Shown piece by piece: positions 8,567 to 17,394 of a stretch of 64,000 bases of DNA; the first letter of the stretch is position 1; every line of letters begins with the position of its first letter. Source of the stretch: an uncultured delta proteobacterium (GTDB lineage Bacteria; Desulfobacterota; Binatia; UBA9968); assembly GCA_963737905.1 (NCBI GenBank), contig CAVTUQ010000002.1:576001-640000 (forward strand), read 5' to 3'. Under the pieces are notes generated by a model that did no database searches, had not been told where the DNA came from, and was given only the letters and a program-made list of their open reading frames with translations. The position numbers were made by a program, and so were the translations under genes.

Positions 8567-8868
8567 CAACGACCCCTTTCTTTCTTCCGCTCGGCATTCT
8601 AAACTCTCCTCCAAAATCTGTCCAAGCCCCGGGGGTCACTCCACTCCGTTCAAAGCGTTCAAGCCGTTGGGAAGAATCCGGAATCGATTTGAACGACTTG
8701 AACGTTTTGAACGCATTGAACCAGGGTCGAATATAGATCAGCAGGCCTGCCCACAACAAGAGGCATACCCGTCGTTCGCGCCGGGAGCCTGGGCAGACCT
8801 GGACAATTCCTCCGAGCTTGGATAGTCATCGAAACACGGAGGTGTCAGACGCGGCCGGCCGGCGATAA

Positions 8869-8999
8869 GAGACTGTGTCGCAATTCGGTTCATGGTTCGA
8901 GAGCCTCACCACAAACGGAATTGGTGACGTACAAAATTGGGTACTTGCCCGTTCGTCCTGAGGCTCTCGAAGGACGAACTCCGATTGCGAGATAGTCTC
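8869..8999. mobile_element. MITE-like element (131 bp) with 16-bp terminal IRs and an internal REP-like palindrome
   Basis: GAGACTGTGTCGCAAT vs GAGACTATCTCGCAAT (14/16). Inner GTTCATGGTTCGAGAGCCTCA...TGAGGCTCTCGAAGGACGAAC. Confidence 0.75.
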
Positions 9000-9012
9000 A
9001 TAGGAGGAATAA

Positions 9013-10209
9013 ATGGCAAGCGAACGGGTTTTAGGTGTTGGCGTAATCGGCCTCGGCGGGGCGTCCCTCGCCATGATCCCAAAGTTTGTCCGGAATCCCA
9101 ACTTTCGCATTGCCGCGGCGGCGGATATCGACACCGAGATCATGAACCGGTTCCGCAAGGACTTTCCGGATGCGGAGACCTATGACGATGCCGCCAGGCT
9201 GTGCGCGAGCAGTAACGTCGATCTGGTCTACATTGCGACGCCGAACCGGTTTCACGCCGAACACGCGGCCATGGCCTTGGAGAGCGCGAAGCACGTTCTC
9301 ATCGAGAAGCCGATGGCGATCGATATCGCGGGAGCCGAGCAGATGATCGCCACTGCGAAGCGCAACGGCGTGTTGCTGGGCGTCAACGTTAAACACAGCT
9401 TCGAGCCGCGCGTGCTGCGCTTGCGCGAGATGGCGCGCAACGGCGAACTTGGCAGGCTCCGCATGATCAACAGCTGGCGTTTCGCCGACTGGCTCTACCG
9501 CCCACGCACCGCCGAAGAGCTGACTCCCGAATTCGGCGGCGGCATCTTGTGGCGCCAGGGAGCGCACCACTTCGACCTCATCAGAACGATCGCCGGCGGA
9601 ATGGTGCGCAGCCTGCGCGGCAGCGCCGACATCTGGGACCCGAACCGGCGCGTGCCCGGTTGCTACACCGCATACCTCGATTTCGAAGATGGGACAGTGG
9701 CCACCGCCGTCTGTAGCGGGTACGACCACTTTAACTCCATGGAGTTTGTGCAAGGGGGGTTTTCGGTTGATCCCGCAAACCACGCCAAGGCGCGGCGCGA
9801 ATTGCGCGCGGCGCCCGACGTTGATTGGGAGGTGCGGGCCGCGCGCGAGGAACGCTACGGCGGCGCGCGCACGAGGCAGAACGAGCCCCAGCCAGCACAG
9901 CCGTCTTTGGGGTGGATTATGGGCGGGCCGTTGATCGCAAGTTTCGATAAGGGAGACGTACGCATGACTCCCGGCGGTCTCATGGTGTATGGCGACGACG
10001 AGTTACACGAGATCAAACTCGGCGTCAAAGGGGAGGACGGGCGCGACGGGCGCATCAATACATTCTACGATGCGATCGTGCGCGGCCGGCCGCTGCCCGC
10101 CGACGGCGCTTGGGGAATGGCCACCTTGGAAGTGCTCCTGGCGATCGAAGAGTCCAGCAGGACGCGTAAGGAAGCCTTTCTCCGGCACCAGGTGCCTACG
10201 ATCGACTAG
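9013..10209 (+). CDS. Gfo/Idh/MocA oxidoreductase, phthalate cis-dihydrodiol dehydrogenase-like
   Basis: GVIGLGG Rossmann motif, VYIATPNRFH, HVLIEKPMA, WLYRPRTAEEL, GGGILWRQGAHHFD. AGGAGG RBS. Confidence 0.88.
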   Translation: MASERVLGVGVIGLGGASLAMIPKFVRNPNFRIAAAADIDTEIMNRFRKDFPDAETYDDAARLCASSNVDLVYIATPNRFHAEHAAMALESAKHVLIEKPMAIDIAGAEQMIATAKRNGVLLGVNVKHSFEPRVLRLREMARNGELGRLRMINSWRFADWLYRPRTAEELTPEFGGGILWRQGAHHFDLIRTIAGGMVRSLRGSADIWDPNRRVPGCYTAYLDFEDGTVATAVCSGYDHFNSMEFVQGGFSVDPANHAKARRELRAAPDVDWEVRAAREERYGGARTRQNEPQPAQPSLGWIMGGPLIASFDKGDVRMTPGGLMVYGDDELHEIKLGVKGEDGRDGRINTFYDAIVRGRPLPADGAWGMATLEVLLAIEESSRTRKEAFLRHQVPTID

Positions 10210-10324
10210 CGAAGTCGTTTCCTCGCGCTCTTCGCGGCCCGAACCACAACCGCCGTCCCGGTATGTGGATCCGCTCTAATGTGAGTGGCCGACTCGTGAT
10301 TGCGGAGGAACCCGCGAACAGTGA

Positions 10325-10735
10325 TCAGGATGGCATCACACAGGGAATAACCTGTCGGCTATGGCGGCGATAGAAGCGGAAGTCGGAATCCGTGGTAAGT
10401 ACGATGGGATCGGAAAGTGTTTCGGTCATACGCACCAGGCAGGCATCGGCGAGGCTCATGGGCACATCGGCGTATTTCTGCAACAGTTTCAGCACGGATT
10501 CCATATCGTCGTTGAAGTCGAAATTCACGAGCACAGCACGGCGTTGAAGCAAAGTGCTGAGCGCAGGGGCCCCACGCCTGCCAAGAAGGTGGAAAGCTTC
10601 GGACAGGACGGCTTCGCAAGTGCGCCAGGGGGGAGCGTGTTGGGTTGCTTGGCTTACTGCCCACGGGTGATGCGAGTCGCGGCGGCTGAGCAAAGCCACT
10701 AAAAAGCCAGCATCAACGAGCAGATTTCCGGCCAT
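10325..10735 (-). CDS. vapC: PIN-domain toxin (VapC-like)
   Basis: LLVDAGFLVAL, TCEAVLSEA, MSLADACLV and TTDSDF acidic motifs. Confidence 0.9.
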   Translation of the reverse strand: MAGNLLVDAGFLVALLSRRDSHHPWAVSQATQHAPPWRTCEAVLSEAFHLLGRRGAPALSTLLQRRAVLVNFDFNDDMESVLKLLQKYADVPMSLADACLVRMTETLSDPIVLTTDSDFRFYRRHSRQVIPCVMPS

Positions 10736-10970
10736 ATCCGGTGGTTTTTAAATAACGCTTCTTGCGCGCACTCAGGTCCGCGGGCAAACCCGTCACCGAG
10801 CCGACGAGATCAGCAATCGCATCGAGTGGCGTCGATCGACTCGGTCCGTCGCGGCCGGCTTGCTGCAGGCGCTCTCGGACGACATCGGACTTAGAGCACT
10901 TCCGCCCGCGCGATTCCGCTTCGATTTCGGCCACGAGCGGCTCTGGCAAGCGTACGGTGATCGTTTTCAT
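10713..10970 (-). CDS. Ribbon-helix-helix (CopG) antitoxin
   Basis: MKTITVRLPE...SKSDVVRERL. Lies upstream of and overlaps the PIN gene. Confidence 0.85.
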   Translation of the reverse strand: MKTITVRLPEPLVAEIEAESRGRKCSKSDVVRERLQQAGRDGPSRSTPLDAIADLVGSVTGLPADLSARKKRYLKTTGYGRKSAR

Positions 10971-11086
10971 CTAGCAAGTGTATTACATAGCTGGCAGCAC
11001 CGCAAGACAGAAGGCCATGGTCGAGTGGGGAAAAGAATACAAAGAGGATTCGGGCTCCCGATTGCCAGTCGCAATGCGAATATGAA

Positions 11087-12109
11087 TTACGTCGAATGGG
11101 ACCCTGTTTTTTCCAGTGCAAAGGCTTGCGCCAAAAGCTCGTAGGAGCGATGGCGCGGTGCGGGATCGTAAGTCCATGTGACCACGACCAGCTCGTCGAG
11201 CTCTAAACTTTTCGCGACTTCTTTCAGTCGCGCGGCCACTTGCTCTCGAGAGCCGACAATCGCCTTGCGGCGGAGCTTCTCGGCAGTCGCCATCTCCGCG
11301 GGAGAATACGGCCGCTCGGCTTCCTCGGGCGGCAGGAGCGGCAGACGGATGCCTTGTCGACGATCGACGATCGCGCGTTCGCGGGCTTTGAACTGGTGCA
11401 GTGCTTCTTCTTCCGTGTCGGCTGCCAGTGCCCAGATACAAATCGTGGCGATCGGCTTTGGATTCATTTCGCTGGGGCGATAATTCTCGCGGTAAAGATC
11501 CAGCGCCTGCTCCACGCCGGTACCCTCGCTGAAAAAGTATGCGAACGCGTAGGGCAAGCCAAAATACGCCGCGAGTTGAGCACCATAGTCCGAGCTGCCG
11601 AGAATCCATAGTTCAGGACTGCTTGGCCCTGTCGGCTGGGCGACGACGCTATGGAAGGGGTGCTTCTCGGGCAGCGGAGTTCCGGAAACCCAGTGTCGCA
11701 GCTCCTGCACTTGCCGGGGAAATTGGTCGAGGACGTTCTGGGGGTTGGGATTCAGGGCATAGGACGTTAATTGATCTGAACCGGGGGCACGGCCGATTCC
11801 CAGGTCGATGCGGCCTGGAGCGATCGCCTCCAGGACACGGAACTGCTCGGCAACTTTCAGAGCGGAATAATGCGGCAGCATGACGCCCGCGCTGCCGACA
11901 CGGATACGCGGTGTGGTGGCCGCGATCGCAGCCATGAGTATCTCGGGCGCGGTGCCGACGATACTGCCGGAGTTGTGGTGCTCCGAGACCCAGAACCGAT
12001 GATAACCCAGCGCGTCGCAATGGCGGGCGAGTTCGAGGGTCTCGCGGATCGCAACGTCCTGCGCTCTCCCCTTGGACGTCGTTGATTGATCCAGTACTGA
12101 CAATCTCAT
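11087..12109 (-). CDS. Luciferase-like (LLM class) flavin-dependent oxidoreductase
   Basis: MRLSVLDQS, FWVSEHHN, GSAGVMLPHYS, GRIDLGIGRAPG. Confidence 0.92.
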   Translation of the reverse strand: MRLSVLDQSTTSKGRAQDVAIRETLELARHCDALGYHRFWVSEHHNSGSIVGTAPEILMAAIAATTPRIRVGSAGVMLPHYSALKVAEQFRVLEAIAPGRIDLGIGRAPGSDQLTSYALNPNPQNVLDQFPRQVQELRHWVSGTPLPEKHPFHSVVAQPTGPSSPELWILGSSDYGAQLAAYFGLPYAFAYFFSEGTGVEQALDLYRENYRPSEMNPKPIATICIWALAADTEEEALHQFKARERAIVDRRQGIRLPLLPPEEAERPYSPAEMATAEKLRRKAIVGSREQVAARLKEVAKSLELDELVVVTWTYDPAPRHRSYELLAQAFALEKTGSHST

Positions 12110-12374
12110 GGGTGCCTGGTTGAGCGGGTTAATTATTCTCTAGCAGGTGAGAATGAGCGATGGCAATGGCTGATAGCCCGCAAAGTAAACGGCGCAGCCT
12201 GTCTAGATTTCTCGAAGTGAAAATCTCTATGAGTATCCATCGCTGCGGGCAAGGACGCGCGATGCTATTCTGGGCTGGAGAACGCTGTCGACGGGACGGA
12301 CAAGCCGATTCCATCCAGTCAACAACGTCGGTTAACTAGAGCGGGAAGAGTCGAAGACGATCACCGGCTTGTGT

Positions 12375-14057
12375 CTACGGCAGCACGGGGCTTGTGCTGC
12401 GCGCCACTTTGCCGGGATAAGCGCCGGTGTGTTGGCCCCGTTCTATCAGCACTTGGCCGTTCACTACAGTCCACTCGATCCCTTGAGCGAGTTGTTTGCG
12501 GCGCTTGGCTCCGCCCGGCAAGTCATGCGCCTCGCCCGGTTCCAGCGGGCTGATAGTCGCCGGATCGAAGACCATCAGGTCTGCAGCCATGCCTGAACGC
12601 ACCAGGCCCCGGTCGTAAAATCCGAAGAGCGACGCGGGCACGAAAGTGAGCTTTCGGATGGCGTCCTCCAGCGACATTATTTTTTTCTCCCGGACCCAGT
12701 GAGACAACAAATAGGTGGAGTAGCTATAGTCAGTGCGAAAAACCACGTGGGCTCCGCCGTCCGACTGCCCGATGATGGTGTACGGACTGGTGAGCAGCGC
12801 AGTCATGGCGGCTTCATCGCTGTTGACTTCCCGCCGTTCGAACTCTGTTTCCAGATTTTCCTCCAGCGCCAGGTCGAGGAACGCGTCGAGCACATCCTTG
12901 TTCTGTTCCCGCGCGATCTCGGCTATGCTCTTGCCCTTGAGGTGCTGATTTTTCGCCAGTGCGGGTCGGAACACGAACTGCAAGTCCCAGCGGCGCGTGA
13001 AGTCACCGGCGTGGCTGGGATTATTAGGCGTCTCGACGGCCTCCAGGTGTAGCTTGGCGCGGGTCTCCGGGTCGCGAAACAATTCTTTGCGTTGCTCCAG
13101 AGGGAGCAGCATGACGGTTTTCCAGGTCGCCATGGCGTCGAAGTGCTGCGCGGTCTTCAGCGTATAGCGCAGGTCTCCCGGTCGGGGCATGACGAACTGG
13201 TAGGCGCGATGTCCCTGGCGCATCATGTTCTCGGCTTCCGTCAACTGCTTGCGCCATTTATCCGGTGCCACCGCCTGCTGCGTGATGTTGCCATAGAAAA
13301 CCGGCCGCCGGCTGGCCTTGGCTAGCTTCGCGCTGATAGTGCGGTCTCCGCCAAACTGGATCACGCCGCGCCCTACTTCGTCGGGCACAGCCGCCACGGC
13401 GAAGATCTCCTCCTCGGAGGCGAGATTAGTCGGCGCCAGCCGGCCATTCCAGTCAAAATGGCGCAGATTGCGCTCGAAGGAGAGGCCTACGGCGCCGGCC
13501 TCTAACCCTTCGCGGACGATCGCCTTCATGGCCAGAACCTCGTCATCGGTGGCATGCCGCTCCTGAGAAGCTTCACCCATCACGTAGCGACGCACGGCCG
13601 AGTGGCCGATGAGGGCAGCGACGTTTATGCCCAGCCGTTGGTCCAGAGTGTCAAGATACTCGGGGATTGTTTCCCAGGACCAGTTGACCCCGGCCTGAAT
13701 CGCTTCCAGCGGGATCGCCTCCACATGAGACAGAACTCCGGCCAGCATCTCGCGATCTTCTCGATGGGCGGGGGCCATCGCCAGAGAACAGTTGCCCATG
13801 ACGACGGTAGTAATGCCGTGATAGCAAGAGTAGGTGCAAAGTGGATCCCAGGTGACCTGGGCATCGTAATGCGTATGGTTGTCGATGATTCCCGGAGCGA
13901 CCACCAAGCCATCCGCATTCAGCGTTTGACGCGCATCTCCGCTCACTTTTCCGACCTCGGTAATACGGCCCCCGCTGACCGCGACATCACCGTGGAAGCC
14001 CGGCAGGCCGGAACCGTCGATAATATTGCCATTTTTGATAATCAGGTCGTGTGCCAT
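12375..14057 (-). CDS. N-acyl-D-amino-acid deacylase family amidohydrolase
   Basis: Start MAHDLIIKNG with AGGAGG RBS. APGIIDNHTHYD, HGITTVVMGNC, SDGGAH. Confidence 0.9.
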   Translation of the reverse strand: MAHDLIIKNGNIIDGSGLPGFHGDVAVSGGRITEVGKVSGDARQTLNADGLVVAPGIIDNHTHYDAQVTWDPLCTYSCYHGITTVVMGNCSLAMAPAHREDREMLAGVLSHVEAIPLEAIQAGVNWSWETIPEYLDTLDQRLGINVAALIGHSAVRRYVMGEASQERHATDDEVLAMKAIVREGLEAGAVGLSFERNLRHFDWNGRLAPTNLASEEEIFAVAAVPDEVGRGVIQFGGDRTISAKLAKASRRPVFYGNITQQAVAPDKWRKQLTEAENMMRQGHRAYQFVMPRPGDLRYTLKTAQHFDAMATWKTVMLLPLEQRKELFRDPETRAKLHLEAVETPNNPSHAGDFTRRWDLQFVFRPALAKNQHLKGKSIAEIAREQNKDVLDAFLDLALEENLETEFERREVNSDEAAMTALLTSPYTIIGQSDGGAHVVFRTDYSYSTYLLSHWVREKKIMSLEDAIRKLTFVPASLFGFYDRGLVRSGMAADLMVFDPATISPLEPGEAHDLPGGAKRRKQLAQGIEWTVVNGQVLIERGQHTGAYPGKVARSTSPVLP

Positions 14058-14345
14058 TGCTCCTCCTCTGCGGCAGGTTGGCGTCGCAGCCATTTCCTTA
14101 CTGCCGCTGACCGTTTGCGGGCCTGGCCCTTGTATTGGGACGAAGGTATTCGATGACCCGCTCCCTGTCAATAATAATATAAAACTGCCCGAGCTTCCTG
14201 TGCGAAAACGATTGTTGGAGTCGATCTTGGACTTTGGGACTAGCGCTTTTTTTCTGAGTAGTGCGAAAATCGCTAAGCGATTTCTTCGCCCCGGTAACTT
14301 TTCGCGAGAATCTGCATCGGGTTGAGGGTACGACGGCCAATCCAG

Positions 14346-15548
14346 CTATGGAACAACCAAGCGAGCAGTCTCCCGGGCGATGATCAATTCCTCCTCGGTG
14401 TGAACTACGAAGGCGTTCGGTCTGGAATCCGCAGCGGAAATCCGGCCGTCCCGACCGATGGTTTTAGAGTTCGCTGCTGAATCCAATTTGAGGCCGCACC
14501 ATTCCATATTTTGGCAGATTTTTTCACGAACCGCCGGCGAATTCTCGCCAATTCCGCCGCTGAAAATAACTGCCTCCGCCCCACCCACAACCGCCAAATA
14601 AGCGCCCAGATATTTTCGAGCCCGATAGCAGAACGCTTCCACGGCGAGCCGGGCACGTGGATTCCCGTCATACGCCGCCATCAATTCACGCATATCATTG
14701 GAAACTCCCGAAATGCCCAGCAATCCGGAGCGCGTGTTCAGCCAGTGCTCTACCTCGGCGGCGTCTACTTTCTCCTCATGGGCGAGATAGCTCACCAGCG
14801 CCGGATCCAAATCGCCGGACCGCGTTCCCATCACCAAGCCTTCAAGGGGAGTGAATCCCATCGACGTATCCCGGGACTCACCGCCGCGAATAGCGCAGGC
14901 CGAGCAGCCGTTGCCTAAATGAACCGTTACGATGTTAATTTGCTCCTTAGCCGCACCCGTCAGCTCGCCGTAGCGCAAGACTGAATACTGGTGCGCCAGT
15001 CCATGGAAGCCGTAGCGTCGAATACGATGTTTCGTAGACAGTTCGTGAGGAATGGCATACATCGACGCATGCTCCGGTAAGGTGCGATGAAAAGAAGTAT
15101 CGAATGCCGCAACCATCGGCGTCGCGGCGCCGAGCACAGATCGGGCGGCACGAATACCGCTCACGCTCGCGGGGTTGTGGAGTGGGGCGATCTCACAAAG
15201 CGCATCGAGGGCATCGATCACCTGCTCATCGATGCAAACGGAACGGGTGAACCGGTCGCCGCCATGAACGACCCGATGCCCTACCGCATCGAAAACCCGC
15301 AGTCGCGGATTCGACCTCAACCATTCGATGACTTTACCGACCGCTTCCTCATGGTCACGCACCGCTACCGACTCCTGCTTCTCAGTGTAGCCGACTGCTT
15401 CAAATCGAACCGATGACGCGCCGCCTATGCGGTCAACAATACCGCGCGCCAGCTTTACATCGTCGGCGGTCGACTTAGGCGCTGCTGCCATCTCGATAAG
15501 TTGGAATTTGAGGGTCGAGCTGCCGCAGTTAAGTACCAGAATCTTCAT
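14346..15548 (-). CDS. ackA: Acetate kinase
   Basis: MKILVLNCGSSTLKFQL, GHRVVHGG, APLHNP, RRYGFHG, HLGNGCS, TSMGFTPLEGL. Confidence 0.95.
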   Translation of the reverse strand: MKILVLNCGSSTLKFQLIEMAAAPKSTADDVKLARGIVDRIGGASSVRFEAVGYTEKQESVAVRDHEEAVGKVIEWLRSNPRLRVFDAVGHRVVHGGDRFTRSVCIDEQVIDALDALCEIAPLHNPASVSGIRAARSVLGAATPMVAAFDTSFHRTLPEHASMYAIPHELSTKHRIRRYGFHGLAHQYSVLRYGELTGAAKEQINIVTVHLGNGCSACAIRGGESRDTSMGFTPLEGLVMGTRSGDLDPALVSYLAHEEKVDAAEVEHWLNTRSGLLGISGVSNDMRELMAAYDGNPRARLAVEAFCYRARKYLGAYLAVVGGAEAVIFSGGIGENSPAVREKICQNMEWCGLKLDSAANSKTIGRDGRISAADSRPNAFVVHTEEELIIARETARLVVP

Positions 15549-15603
15549 GTCATCACTGCCAGGATGATAGCGCCGATCACGCCTTATCTCAGCTTGATTT
15601 GAG

Positions 15604-16089
15604 TTAGAGCTTGTAACCGATCTTGCGCAACAAGTCCTTGCGCCAAGTAATGCCCTGGGCATCTTCGACGCCCTTGCTCTTGCCTCCGTCGATGACGCCC
15701 AGAATCCCGCGTCCCTGGTCGGTCTCAGCAATCACGACTTCCACGGGGTTCGCCGTTGCGCAGAAGATCCGGCATACCTCGGGAACCATTTTGATCGTGT
15801 TCAGCACGTTCACCGGGAAGAAGCCGGGGCCGAGGAAGAGTATGAAGCTGTGTCCCGCGGAAAGACTAAGAGCATTACGCTTTGCCAGCTCAATCATGGA
15901 ATCATCCGTGCCGGTCCAACGCACCAGCATTTCGCCTGAGGCCTCGCAGAAGGCAAGGCCGAACTTGATTCCGGGAACCGTCTGGACCATCGATTCGTGG
16001 ATGTCCTCGACGGTCTTGATAAAGTGACTCTGTCCTAGAATGAAATTAATGTCGTCCGGCTTTTCGATCTTGATCGTCGTGAGTTGCAT
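15604..16089 (-). CDS. Adenosine-specific kinase family protein (PAE2307-like)
   Basis: NFILGQSHFIKTVEDIHE, FGLAFCEASG, CATANP, GRGILGVIDG. Confidence 0.88.
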   Translation of the reverse strand: MQLTTIKIEKPDDINFILGQSHFIKTVEDIHESMVQTVPGIKFGLAFCEASGEMLVRWTGTDDSMIELAKRNALSLSAGHSFILFLGPGFFPVNVLNTIKMVPEVCRIFCATANPVEVVIAETDQGRGILGVIDGGKSKGVEDAQGITWRKDLLRKIGYKL

Positions 16090-16147
16090 GTGAATAAAAG
16101 TTGCGAGGTGGATGAATCACCTTCTCCGCCGCGCCGTCATCCCGTCA

Positions 16148-17047
16148 TCAAACGGCTCGAACAACCAGAATCGGGTCGCCGGAGTGACGCACGACGGTTT
16201 CGGTTATGCTGCCCAACATCCAACGTTTCACGCCCGACCGTCCATGAGTGCACATGGCGATCAGGTTGTCCGGGGATTTACGCGACAGCGAGATGATCTG
16301 ATCCGCGGCAAAGCCTTCTTGGGCGACATAGGAAACGTTGGCGATCCCCAATTTTTTCACCGCCTCCGTCCTTTTCTCGAGATAGTCGACTGCTTCTTCT
16401 CGCATTGCCGTAAGCAGTTCCTCGTAGTTGACCGCGTCGTAGCCCTCGCCATCGGCGTAAGCACCGGTGGGAATGTTGTAAGCCCGGAACAAGACAACCG
16501 CGAGCTTCAATGTCTTTGCCAGTTCCGCTACCGTGGGCAGCACGCTTTCCGCCAACTCGGAGCCATCCAGAGGTACCACGATGGATTTTAAAGTCGCCTC
16601 CGCTTTCGCCTCTTCCGTGGCTCTAACTAGGAGCAGGGGGTTGGTCGCACCGCGCAAAACTTTTTCTGCAACACTCCCCAATAGCCACCGGTTGATCCCC
16701 GATCGGCCATGCGTGGCCATGGTGACAAGCGCGCCCTTGTCCACCGCTGCGGTTTCGATAATCGCCTGTTCGGCCTTGCCCTTCTCCACCGTACATTTTG
16801 TATTGGCGCCTGGAAACATACTGGCAACCCTTTTGAGGTATTGTTCACTGCTTCGCGCGCTATCTTCGATCATCGTATCGAGGTGGCGGGCTCTCTCAGC
16901 AGAGATATGGGTTGCCATTTCGGCAATGTCGACGACTGCGAGCAGTTCTATGGGAAGCTTCAATGCCCCCGCCAGAAAGCGAGCATAGGGGAGCACTTTT
17001 TCTGCCGTCTTCGAACCGTCCAGTGGTATAAGTATTCGGGTAAACAT
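16148..17047 (-). CDS. Tandem-domain universal stress protein
   Basis: Two USP domains (ILIPLDGS and IVVPLDGS; MATHGRSG..LGSVAE and MCTHGRSG..LGSITE). GGAGG RBS. Confidence 0.93.
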   Translation of the reverse strand: MFTRILIPLDGSKTAEKVLPYARFLAGALKLPIELLAVVDIAEMATHISAERARHLDTMIEDSARSSEQYLKRVASMFPGANTKCTVEKGKAEQAIIETAAVDKGALVTMATHGRSGINRWLLGSVAEKVLRGATNPLLLVRATEEAKAEATLKSIVVPLDGSELAESVLPTVAELAKTLKLAVVLFRAYNIPTGAYADGEGYDAVNYEELLTAMREEAVDYLEKRTEAVKKLGIANVSYVAQEGFAADQIISLSRKSPDNLIAMCTHGRSGVKRWMLGSITETVVRHSGDPILVVRAV

Positions 17048-17166
17048 AAGCACCTCCAGTGGCTTTTCTGGTGATCTCTTCCTGGGTTCATCGAAGGGAC
17101 GGACCAAGGATCAGTCAAGCAAGCCTCTCCTCTGTGACTACCGTATCTACGCTAGCGATGAATCGA

Positions 17167-17287
17167 TCAGTCCACTTTCACTTCTTTGGCCTTGGCCTCC
17201 TCCGTCCTGGATAGCCTCACCTCCAAAATGGCGTTCTTAAAGGTCGCCTTTACTTTATCCGTATGAATATCCTTCGGCAACTCCAGG
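17167..17287 (-). pseudogene. Hsp20/alpha-crystallin C-terminal remnant
   Basis: Manual translation: LELPKDIHTDKVKATFKNAILEVRLSRTEEAKAKEVKVD*. Confidence 0.75.
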
Positions 17288-17394
17288 GGGCCTCAACCCA
17301 CTAAGATTGGATCAGGAAATCATCTCGCTAGAATATTGATTCGTTTCGCAAACCTATGATACGGATGCAAGGAACCGGGGAGGAGAATTGACCC

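Larger units (their letters stand above)
7215..8643 (-). mobile_element. Complete IS3-family insertion sequence (1429 bp) with 3-bp target duplication CTC
   Basis: 26-bp imperfect IRs TGGAGTGAACCCCATTCACTGGACAG / TGGAGTGACCCCCGGGGCTTGGACAG. CTC at 7212-7214 and 8644-8646. The empty site is visible in repeat copy 1. Confidence 0.95.
7188..8788. repeat. ~170-bp direct repeat, copy 2, split by the IS3 insertion
   Basis: 7188-7214 and 8647-8788 together reconstruct 2291-2459. Confidence 0.88.
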
